A stretch of 64,000 bases of DNA from an uncultured Nitrospina sp. (lineage in GTDB: Bacteria > Nitrospinota > Nitrospinia > Nitrospinales > VA-1), in assembly GCA_937891765.1 (NCBI GenBank), contig CALAGQ010000001.1, positions 14,864 through 78,863 of the forward strand. Reading direction: 5' to 3'. A model generated the notes under the pieces. The model searched no databases. It was not told the DNA's origin and was given only the letters and a program-made list of their open reading frames with translations. Below, in pieces: positions 9,183 through 17,355 of the stretch; position 1 is the first letter of the stretch, and each line of letters starts with the position of its first letter. The position numbers and the translations under genes were made by a program.

Positions 9183-10304
9183 ATGGGTTTTAAACTCGTA
9201 AAGGTTGAAACCCATCAGGATCTGAACCGGTTCGTCCGCCTTCCCTGGAAAATTTATAAAGACCAGCCCTGCTGGGTTCCTCCCCTTATTCAGGAACGTA
9301 AAAAGTTTCTGAATCCCGACATCAATCCGTTTTTCGAACATGCGGAAGCCGATCTTTTTCTAGCGGTGGATGACAATGGGTCACCGGTAGGAAGGATCGC
9401 TCTGGTTCATGATCGGAGCTACCAAGACCTTCATTCAGAATCGGTCGCTATGTTCGGGTTGTTTGAAGCGGTGGATGACCCAATCCTCTCCCGTCTTTTA
9501 CTGGACAAGGCTTATCAATGGTGTGAGGAAAGAGGGCATGCCCGGCTTATGGGGCCGATGAACTTGTCGACCAACCATGAGTGCGGCTTGATGATAGAGG
9601 GGTTTGACTCTTCCCCCATGTTCGGCATCCCTTATAACCCGGAATATTATGGCGAACATTTTGAGGCGTGGGGCTTACAAAAAGCTAAAGACCTCGTGTC
9701 TTTCAGGTTGGATTTGGTTAAGGTTCCTGATTATCTGGAGCGTGCCGCGACAAAATTAAAAAAAAGGAATCACTTCAACGTCAGGCCTTTGGATCTGGGC
9801 CAATTTGAAAAGGAAATTTCTGTTCTTTGGGATGTCTATAACTCGGCATGGGGGCTAAACTGGGGATTCGTTCCCATGACTCAAAAAGAGTTTAAGTTTT
9901 CTGCAAGGGAAATGAAATCCTTCATACATCCTGAGTTTTGCTTGATTGCTGAAGTCAACGGTGAGCCGGCGGGTTTTTCTCTGGCTCTTCCCGATGTTAA
10001 TCAGGTGCTTAAGAAAATGGACGGCAGTCTGTTCCCCTTTGGCTGGGCCAAGTTCTTATTGAATAAAAAGAAAATTGACACTTACCGGGTGCTGACTCTC
10101 GGGGTGAAGAAAAAATACCGCAGGCTGGGCATTGATGCCTGGTTCTATTATGAAACCATCAGGTTGTTTATAGAAAAAAATATAAAATGGATTGAGATGT
10201 CCTGGTTGCTGGAGGATAACAAAGGCATTATCGAACCGATGCACCGAATAGGGGGAACTATTTATAAAAGACATCGCATCTATGAACGCTTTATCACACC
10301 TTAA
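9183..10304 (+). CDS. GNAT-fold acyl-CoA N-acyltransferase-like protein (candidate bacterial ceramide synthase)
   Basis: 373 aa. It starts 3 nt after the Spt-like stop. The C-terminal KKKYRRLGIDAWF resembles the GNAT acyl-CoA-binding motif. The functional assignment rests on gene context only. Confidence 0.5.
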   Translation: MGFKLVKVETHQDLNRFVRLPWKIYKDQPCWVPPLIQERKKFLNPDINPFFEHAEADLFLAVDDNGSPVGRIALVHDRSYQDLHSESVAMFGLFEAVDDPILSRLLLDKAYQWCEERGHARLMGPMNLSTNHECGLMIEGFDSSPMFGIPYNPEYYGEHFEAWGLQKAKDLVSFRLDLVKVPDYLERAATKLKKRNHFNVRPLDLGQFEKEISVLWDVYNSAWGLNWGFVPMTQKEFKFSAREMKSFIHPEFCLIAEVNGEPAGFSLALPDVNQVLKKMDGSLFPFGWAKFLLNKKKIDTYRVLTLGVKKKYRRLGIDAWFYYETIRLFIEKNIKWIEMSWLLEDNKGIIEPMHRIGGTIYKRHRIYERFITP

Positions 10305-11277
10305 AGGTACCACGGCGCTGGTTACTGGCGCTAATGGTTTCATTGGTAGCCATCTGGTGGATCAGCTGTTGGCTTTGGGTTGCAAGGTTCATGGACTGGT
10401 GAGGGAATCCTCTGACCTCAAATGGTTGGATGCTTCGAAGGTTCATCTTCACAAGGTGGATCTGGCACGGCCGGATTTCATCGTCCCTGCTTTGGAGGAG
10501 TTGGACTACATTTTTCATTGCGCAGGATTGACCAAGGCAAAATCCCGTTCTGGTTATTTTCAGGTCAATGCCACTGCCTGTTCAAACTTGTATGAGCAAT
10601 GCCAGAAACGTGGAGGCCGGATCAAAGGCATTGTTCATCTTAGCAGTCTGGCGGCAACCGGTCCCAGTCCACACGGCGGCCTCGTTGATGAGACCACCCC
10701 TTGCAGACCCGTGACTTTTTACGGGCAGTCCAAACTTGCGGGAGAAGAAATTGCCGTTTCTCAGTCACTCCCTGTCACCGTTATTCGTCCCCCTGTAGTG
10801 TATGGTCCTCGGGAAGAAAACTTTTTTAATTTCATCAAATTGATCCAGAAAGGTTGGGGACTGCAAATTGGCAAGGCGGGTAAAGAGCTTTCCCTGATTT
10901 ATATTGCTGATCTGGTGCAGGCGATGCTTCGGGCTTGCCACCCTTCCAAACAGGCCAGTTATTTTGTTACAGACGGTCGTGTGTATGCTTGGGAGCAGGT
11001 CGCAAAAGAGTGCGCCCGCATTATGAATGTCAGGATGAAAACGCTGAAAGTTCCTGAGGGGGCACTGATTCCTGTAGCTCTGTTCTTTGAGATGTTGGCT
11101 CGCTTCAGTTCCAAACCGGTGCTGTTTGACCGGCAGAGGATGATTGATATCCGGGAAAGCTCATGGTCCGCGTCACCGGCAAAGTTTTTCAAGGCGTTTG
11201 ACTTTGAACCTCAGTATGAGCTGAGTCGAGGGCTGGCCGAGACGATCAACTGGTACCAACAAGAAAAATGGTTATAG
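10282..11277 (+). CDS. NAD-dependent epimerase/dehydratase-family SDR (candidate ceramide/3-ketosphinganine reductase)
   Basis: 331 aa. Rossmann motif VTGANGFIGSHL and catalytic YGQSK (YxxxK). It overlaps the previous gene by 23 nt. Confidence 0.8.
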   Translation: MNALSHLKGTTALVTGANGFIGSHLVDQLLALGCKVHGLVRESSDLKWLDASKVHLHKVDLARPDFIVPALEELDYIFHCAGLTKAKSRSGYFQVNATACSNLYEQCQKRGGRIKGIVHLSSLAATGPSPHGGLVDETTPCRPVTFYGQSKLAGEEIAVSQSLPVTVIRPPVVYGPREENFFNFIKLIQKGWGLQIGKAGKELSLIYIADLVQAMLRACHPSKQASYFVTDGRVYAWEQVAKECARIMNVRMKTLKVPEGALIPVALFFEMLARFSSKPVLFDRQRMIDIRESSWSASPAKFFKAFDFEPQYELSRGLAETINWYQQEKWL

Positions 11278-11281
11278 TAGA

Positions 11282-12127
11282 ATGAGTAATACTTCAGGGC
11301 GAGCACCCATAGATCTGGTGGAGCCGGTCAATCGTTATATTCAGGACCCGATTGCGAAACAGATTGTAGGTTTTTTGATAAACACTCCGGTGACTCCCAA
11401 TCAGGTGACCTATTTTTCTGTTCTGGTGGGTTTTGCATCCGGTTACGCGTTCAGCTTTGCCAACCCGCTATCTCTGATTATTGGGGGGATATTGCTGGAA
11501 GTCACTTTGGTGCTGGATTGCGTAGACGGGCAACTGGCCCGGGCCAAGGGCATGGCCAGTGATTGGGGCCGGTTGATTGATGGCATCGCCGGTTACTTTG
11601 CCTACCTTGCGGTGGTGGTTGGACTCATCAAGGGTTTTCCGGAATACGGACAAGTCCTGAAAATCATTGCGGGACTGATTATAGTGAGGGCCATCTCTTA
11701 TGATTATTGCAAGCAAAGTCTGGTCACCTTGCTATTGCAAGGCTATGATGGTGTGGAACGAGAAATTCAAAACACCCGCCAAAAGCTTCGGACAAAAATG
11801 TCAGGCGTGTTGGTGCTTTATTTTTATTATATGCAAGTGCAGCAATTATTTTTTCGTGGTCAATGGAGTTTTTTACGCCTTGCGGAAACGGAGAGTCGAG
11901 ACCTGCAACAGGACTTGACCTTTGAGGAACGCAAAGCTTGCTATGAGAAAATAAAAATTTTATTGTTGCTTTGGCGTTGGAATGGACTCGACCTGCCACT
12001 TTTTTTATTGGCCCTGTTTGCTGTTCTTGGAATCCTTTCAGCCAACCTGATCCCCTTTGCCTGTGTTATGGCAGCTCAATATTTTTTGACTTTAATGGTG
12101 CACCATTATTTTGTCCGGAAAATTTGA
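11282..12127 (+). CDS. CDP-alcohol phosphatidyltransferase family protein
   Basis: 281 aa and polytopic. DCVDGQLARAKGMASDWGRLIDGIAG fits D-x2-DG-x2-AR-x8-G-x3-D, but the final canonical Asp is replaced by Gly. Confidence 0.7.
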   Translation: MSNTSGRAPIDLVEPVNRYIQDPIAKQIVGFLINTPVTPNQVTYFSVLVGFASGYAFSFANPLSLIIGGILLEVTLVLDCVDGQLARAKGMASDWGRLIDGIAGYFAYLAVVVGLIKGFPEYGQVLKIIAGLIIVRAISYDYCKQSLVTLLLQGYDGVEREIQNTRQKLRTKMSGVLVLYFYYMQVQQLFFRGQWSFLRLAETESRDLQQDLTFEERKACYEKIKILLLLWRWNGLDLPLFLLALFAVLGILSANLIPFACVMAAQYFLTLMVHHYFVRKI

Positions 12128-12147
12128 ATTTCAATAAGCGGGCCTGT

Positions 12148-12414
12148 TTATTTCACGCCTTTTCTCCTGAACGATCCTTTTATCATGCGGTAAGTCCCCC
12201 CTTCATGAGCCAGTCCTATCCGGTTGCCACATTCCATGCAGGACAATGCGGGAAGCTCTGATTTTCTAGTGATGGATTTTAATCGCGCAAGGGAATTGGG
12301 TTCGGTGATACGGTCGAGATAAAGTTTTGTCAATTGTCCCGACCCTTTTTTCTGGTATCGAAGCATAAAAGCCCCGCACTGACCACATAGAATATCGATG
12401 GTCTGACTTGCCAT
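12148..12414 (-). CDS. small zinc-ribbon protein, function unknown
   Basis: 88 aa with CGQCG near the N-terminus and CMECG near the C-terminus. Confidence 0.4.
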   Translation of the reverse strand: MASQTIDILCGQCGAFMLRYQKKGSGQLTKLYLDRITEPNSLARLKSITRKSELPALSCMECGNRIGLAHEGGTYRMIKGSFRRKGVK

Positions 12415-12561
12415 TCACTCATCCTCTCAGGTTTCTCAGAAAAATATAACCAGCATACATGCGCGATATGTTGGCGTAAAGCCAGATCAGGTATTCACCT
12501 TGGTGCGGGGTTGACAAGAAAGCCAGAGCATTTTATTTTGTAACGGAGATTAGTCATCTGT

Positions 12562-12837
12562 TTGGGGGTTGTCGTGAAAGCGATCTATGAGAAAGGCTTG
12601 GTGGAATATAAGAAAGCGGTGAAGAAAAATCCGCAGGATGCCAACGCCTATTTTAATATGAGCAAGGCTTTTGACGGTCTGAATGAAGGGCGCAAGGCAA
12701 TTCTGGCGGCCCGTAAGGCGCAACAGATTTGGGAGGAGAAAAAGGATTCTGAAAACAGCATCAAAGTTCGCAAGCGCTTGCGTGACCTCTATAAAAATTA
12801 CAACTTGAACCCGCAGGAATTTGACCTTCCCCGGTAG
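12562..12837 (+). CDS. small TPR-like protein, function unknown
   Basis: 91 aa. It contains one TPR-like helix pair (NPQDANAYFNMSKAF). The start is uncertain (TTG 12562 or GTG 12574). Confidence 0.3.
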   Translation: MGVVVKAIYEKGLVEYKKAVKKNPQDANAYFNMSKAFDGLNEGRKAILAARKAQQIWEEKKDSENSIKVRKRLRDLYKNYNLNPQEFDLPR

Positions 12838-12964
12838 CCCCTTGACTCATTGGCCCTACGCCTAGTAGTTGCCAGGGGAGGCAGATAGCAATGACCCGTC
12901 AAGCCGAGACAACTTCTTGTTAGCCAGAAATAGTTATTGCCAGTTGCCACCGGTCGCTGGCCGG

Positions 12965-14023
12965 CTAGCAACAGGCGCCGTTGCCGTTGGTGGCGGAGAT
13001 GCCTTCCTGGGCTTGGGGTGTGCTGCAGTCAAAAGGTCCGTAGTGAGTTGAGAAATCTCCAGTGACATTAAAATGCTCGCCGAACCGGGTTTCACTCAGC
13101 ATCTTGCTAGTATTGCCACAAACCGGTACGGGAATTCCAGTCTGGAAATAATGATGGTTATCCAGAGTAAACCCGTGCGGGAATTCAGGGATGCTACCTT
13201 TGTAATAGGCGACATGGCCGAAGTTCTCGCAAATATCTTCGAACTCACACTTGAAGCTACGCACGGTCATGGAATAAAAGTCGATCATGCCGGCCTTGCG
13301 TTGGATGTCCTCGTTATTGAGAGTGAGCGGGTTTTTGGAAACCACCCGGTAATCGTGAGAACCTGCGTTTCTCAGCATACGCCTGAAGTCCTCTATGTAG
13401 AGGGCACCACCCAGGCATTCGCCGAGCAAGATCGGGTCGGTGGTCAGGGGCTCTGGCACCCGTCGTCCGGTAAAAACATCTGAGAGATACAGTTCTCCAC
13501 CGGGTTTGAGAACCCGGAAAATTTCACGAAATACACTTTCCTTGTCGGGAGACAGGTTGATCACGCAGTTGGAGATAATTACATCTACGGAATTGTCTTC
13601 AAGGTTAGCCGAAGTCAGGTCTTCAATCCAGCCTTTACGAAAATCGACGTTAGGTTTTTCCAGGTTAAAATTTTGCGTATGAAAATCGATATGCTTTCTC
13701 GCAACCGCTAGTTGCTCATCGGTCATGTCGATGCCTATGACCATGCCATCAGGGCCTACCACTTGAGCCAGGAGGTAGCAATCGCGTCCGGAACCGCAAC
13801 CGAGGTCCACCACAGTTTTTCCGTGAAGACTTGAAGGGAATGTGGAGGCGCAACCATAAAATCTGGACTGCACTTCCTCATGTATGTTTTTCAAGTATGG
13901 GCGCAGATAAGCAGGCATGGTGTCTGCCGCACAACAAGCACTGGTCTGAAGGTCATTTTTGGTTTTAAGAATTTTTCCGTAATAATTTTGAACGTCTTGA
14001 AGAATTTTGGAACGGGTATTCAC
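12965..14023 (-). CDS. arsM: arsenite S-adenosylmethionine methyltransferase
   Basis: 352 aa. It has the N-terminal YYG...SACCA cysteine pair, SAM motif DLGCGSGRDC and a Cys-rich tail ending GACC. The overall layout matches ArsM/AS3MT as I recall it. Confidence 0.8.
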   Translation of the reverse strand: MNTRSKILQDVQNYYGKILKTKNDLQTSACCAADTMPAYLRPYLKNIHEEVQSRFYGCASTFPSSLHGKTVVDLGCGSGRDCYLLAQVVGPDGMVIGIDMTDEQLAVARKHIDFHTQNFNLEKPNVDFRKGWIEDLTSANLEDNSVDVIISNCVINLSPDKESVFREIFRVLKPGGELYLSDVFTGRRVPEPLTTDPILLGECLGGALYIEDFRRMLRNAGSHDYRVVSKNPLTLNNEDIQRKAGMIDFYSMTVRSFKCEFEDICENFGHVAYYKGSIPEFPHGFTLDNHHYFQTGIPVPVCGNTSKMLSETRFGEHFNVTGDFSTHYGPFDCSTPQAQEGISATNGNGACC

Positions 14024-14451
14024 TCTCTATCTCCTGGAAATTGCTAAGCAACAGTCCGGGTTTTCGCGGCTCTGCTGTCTTGAATCGAGCGTAGTTAAGC
14101 TATTCTATATAAAATTCGTTATATATTAAAACTTTTGTCGGGTTTCATGAAAAACCCTTACAGAGAGCCCGACTTTTTTAAAGAAGGCTGATTGTGTAAC
14201 ACATTGATATAAAAGATTTTGCCTGACAACTTATTCTATGTGGCCGTTGCAGCGGATTTTTAACTAGAAGGGGGAACGTGTGAAGGTTGCCGAAGTTACC
14301 AAGGCCTTATATTCTGCCACAAGCAGGCATCAAAACTCTTGTATCAGCACAGCAAGATGAAAGGTTTCGTCCTTGATTTTAAATGGAACGTGAAATTTAG
14401 GCATTCCATTGATCTTTATGTCCAGAGAATGGTTTTCTCCCATGCAAGCTG

Positions 14452-14655
14452 TCAACTAACTTCATCTTCTTCGAGAAGGTTTTCTGCGATTCCACGTTCT
14501 ATAATTTCATCAGCGAGATCCCCATATCCTCCGTCATAGTCATCTACATTTTGTTCGTCAAAATCATCAAAATAGATGCCATGATCACCTTCGCACCATT
14601 CCCTTATAGGATGGCTGAATCGCAACACTTTTTGCACAGCTTCCAGTTTTTCCAT
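14452..14655 (-). CDS. small acidic hypothetical protein
   Basis: 67-aa ORF with a very acidic C-terminal half. There is no recognisable family. Confidence 0.25.
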   Translation of the reverse strand: MEKLEAVQKVLRFSHPIREWCEGDHGIYFDDFDEQNVDDYDGGYGDLADEIIERGIAENLLEEDEVS

Positions 14656-14971
14656 TTTCAGATATCAGCTAGGTTTGTGGGTCTGTAAAAGAATTCAGTT
14701 TAAGGCCAGTAGAATTTTTTCATTATTCGCGGTTTTTAGTATCTGGTAGGGCTGGGTTCTGGGGCGTTCCATTCCGTCTCTTAAGCGGAGCACCTCTTTA
14801 AGGGTGAGGGGCCGGGCTCTCATTCTGGAACGCCCATCAGGGTAAAAAGAGAGGGTTTTCATTTTTTTTGCGGTCCATTGTTTATAGATACCATTTTTAG
14901 ATGCAAAATATCCCTCGAAGTCTTAAAAAATTAGAGAAGAATAATAAAATAATTTGAAAAAATTAAGGGGG

Positions 14972-15358
14972 TTAATCGAGAGAGGAGATGTCATTTTGTG
15001 AATAAGGGCAGGTATCGGTTTTCACCCGGCCATTTTTCGCTAAAACAGAGCAGATATACGATTTTCCGCTACCTACCGTCCACTTTTTCTGATTATGGCG
15101 GACAGCCCAGACATAGATTTCCTTTTCGGTGGCTATGGCCGCTCGTCTTGCAGCTTTCCGGTTAGTGTGGGGGAATTGGCGAGGGATGCCTTTCCACCCT
15201 ATGACGAGGGTCCTTCCATCTACCCGATACCATTCTACTTCTGGGATATCACCGAGAAACTTTACGCCCTCAATCACAGCGCTTTCGATGGAATTGGCGT
15301 AAGCAAAATTGAGAGGCATTGAAAGAAATAAACTGGCTAACAGAATGGATTTGAGCAT
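14972..15358 (-). CDS. secreted hypothetical protein
   Basis: 128 aa with a clear signal peptide (MLKSILLASLFLSMPLNFAYA). Confidence 0.4.
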   Translation of the reverse strand: MLKSILLASLFLSMPLNFAYANSIESAVIEGVKFLGDIPEVEWYRVDGRTLVIGWKGIPRQFPHTNRKAARRAAIATEKEIYVWAVRHNQKKWTVGSGKSYICSVLAKNGRVKTDTCPYSQNDISSLD

Positions 15359-15528
15359 GGTTTCTTGTCTGGTTTACAATAAAGCGGCTAATGGAACGTA
15401 TTATCTAGAAATAAACGATTTGCGATTAAGAGTCAAAGCTAATTGTGCCAATAATCGATATAAAATTTAACAACATACGGGGGTTATAAAAAAAATATTG
15501 GCAAGTCGGAGTGTTTTTTGGCTGGGGG

Positions 15529-17067
15529 TTAGGCTTTAAACCCGATCGCTCCCTGAAACTGGGTGTCCGTGGTGTCGGCAGAGTCCATTGTGGCTCCTGT
15601 CAGGTCGGCACCTATGAACAGGCTATCACTCATTTTAGCTCCTGTAAAATTCGCCGAGTCCAGCTTTGCATTGGAAAAGTCAGCATGTTCCAAGTCAGCC
15701 CGCCGCAAATCCACCTGTTTCAAGTTGGCGTTCTGCAAATTGGCGTTTCTCAATTTTGTTCCTGCCATATCCGCACCTTCCAGGTTGACCTTTTCCAGAT
15801 GCGCTTTTTGAAGATTGGCTCCAGTCAGGAAAGCATTTTTCAAGTTGGCATCTGTCAAAATGGCTTCGGTCAGGTTGGCCCGGCTGAGGTCAGCCCCTTC
15901 CAGAATGGCTTCATTTAATTCTGCTCCGGTCAAGTTGGCCCCGCTCAAATCTGCTCCGGTCAAATCAACTTGCGTTAATTTGGCCTTGGTCATCCGCGCT
16001 CCACTCAATTGGGCGCCATTTAATTTAGCCTGGTTCAGTTTGATGCGATCTAAATTGGCACCGGTCAATTTCGTCCCAACTAGATTAGCGTCGGTCAGGT
16101 CTGCGATATTTAAATCCGCTTCGGACAAATCGGAATCCCTAAGGTCCGCTCTCCTTAGTATGGCACCGTTTAATTTAGCACGTCTCAAATCTGCGTTGTG
16201 AAAGCTGGCACCAGTGAGATCCGCTCCGGTGATGTCGGCGCGGGTGAGTTGGGCACCGGCAAAATTTCCTCCTGCGAGTTTTGCTCCTTTGATCAAGGCG
16301 CGGGTGAGGTTTGCGGATTTAAAGTTTGCCTCAAAAAAGACTCCCATACTCAACCGGGAATCAGTGAAATCAGTACCCTCAAAGTCAGCACCATTGAACC
16401 GGGCCCGACTCAGGTCGCTATCGGTTATTTTGGCGCCCTTCAGGTTTGCCCGCGAAAAATCAGAGTTGCTGAAATCGGTATCCTTGAGATTGCATTTGAC
16501 TAGCTTGGTTTCCATGGACTTGGACCTTCTGAAATTTGCCCTTTCCATATTGGATTCGCTGAAATCGGTTCCCAAAAGTTTGGCGCCTTGAAGGTTTGCA
16601 GCCTCCATATTGGCATGGGTCATCACGCCTTCCAGACAACTTATATTTTCCATATCCGCGTCACTGAGGTTAGCCTGATCCAGATTGGCTTGATCCAGAT
16701 TCGAATCCGTGAGCGTGCAATTGGACAGATTAGTATTTTTTAAGCTGGTTTTTTGCAGGCTGATGCCGAGAAAATTAAGTCCCGAAAGATCCAGTCCTGA
16801 GAGGTCTTTTCCCTCAAAAACACTTTCCAGGCCGGGTTCTTCATCTTCTACAACTTCTTCCTCTGCAGCTTCATCAGTTTCAGCAGCTTCATCAGTTTCA
16901 GCAGCTTCACCTTCCTGAGCGTCGTCAGGGTTTTCCTCTTCCTCGCTGACAGCTTCTTCAATTTGGGGCGCATCATCTATGAATTCGTCTTCCTCTTCCC
17001 GGGATGCGAGCAGCGCAGCGTATTCTTCCAACTTCTCTTCAATTTCTTCGCGTGTGAAATCAGCCAT
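15529..17067 (-). CDS. pentapeptide-repeat protein with an acidic N-terminal tail
   Basis: 512 aa. After about 90 acidic residues, almost the whole protein is consecutive A(D/N)LxX pentapeptides (for example ANLSDADMENI, ADLTGASFHNADLRRAKLNGAILRRADLRDSDLSEADL). Confidence 0.9.
   Translation of the reverse strand: MADFTREEIEEKLEEYAALLASREEEDEFIDDAPQIEEAVSEEEENPDDAQEGEAAETDEAAETDEAAEEEVVEDEEPGLESVFEGKDLSGLDLSGLNFLGISLQKTSLKNTNLSNCTLTDSNLDQANLDQANLSDADMENISCLEGVMTHANMEAANLQGAKLLGTDFSESNMERANFRRSKSMETKLVKCNLKDTDFSNSDFSRANLKGAKITDSDLSRARFNGADFEGTDFTDSRLSMGVFFEANFKSANLTRALIKGAKLAGGNFAGAQLTRADITGADLTGASFHNADLRRAKLNGAILRRADLRDSDLSEADLNIADLTDANLVGTKLTGANLDRIKLNQAKLNGAQLSGARMTKAKLTQVDLTGADLSGANLTGAELNEAILEGADLSRANLTEAILTDANLKNAFLTGANLQKAHLEKVNLEGADMAGTKLRNANLQNANLKQVDLRRADLEHADFSNAKLDSANFTGAKMSDSLFIGADLTGATMDSADTTDTQFQGAIGFKA
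16865..16911. repeat. 18-bp in-frame tandem repeat (about 2.6 copies) inside the pentapeptide-repeat gene
   Basis: gcagcttcatcagtttca occurs at 16865 and 16883, with a partial copy at 16901. On the minus strand it encodes the reiterated EAAETD peptide. Confidence 0.8.
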
Positions 17068-17355
17068 TGAGTCCTTCCTGAACGATCAAAGATGTTTTAA
17101 AGGGTGTCTCTAATAATTCGACACCCTATGTCTGGCAATGAGTAAAGTAGAGAAACTATCCCAGCTTGGCCCGGAACGCAAGCCAGAACCGCCTATTTGC
17201 GAAAATTCTTTCAGGAAAACAAAGGGATGCGGGGCTCATGGGCTGTTTTGTGGAGAAAAGGGGCTTGGGATAAGGGCTATAATATAAAGAGACCCTTTGG
17301 TAAAGGGAAATTTTATGAGCCAGCCCGAAAGCAGGGCTTGCCTCTGGAAGCACCT

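Noticed and set aside
14695-14862. A 55-aa minus-strand sORF (MKTLSFYPDGRSRMRARPLTLKEVLRLRDGMERPRTQPYQILKTANNEKILLALN), below the track cutoff.
   Set aside because: There is no Shine-Dalgarno (the upstream sequence is an A-run) and no recognisable family. It is plausible but unsupported.
15511-16918. Several plus-strand ORFs (15511-15918, 15815-16201, 16214-16591 and others) opposite the pentapeptide-repeat gene.
   Set aside because: These are antisense shadows of a highly periodic repeat gene. Their products are low-complexity Ser/Ala/Phe-rich strings.
17197-17355. The upstream start (17197) for the DCC-LMF gene.
   Set aside because: The extra 53 aa are basic and low-complexity. DCC-family proteins begin just before the DGDCGFC motif, as they do from ATG 17356.
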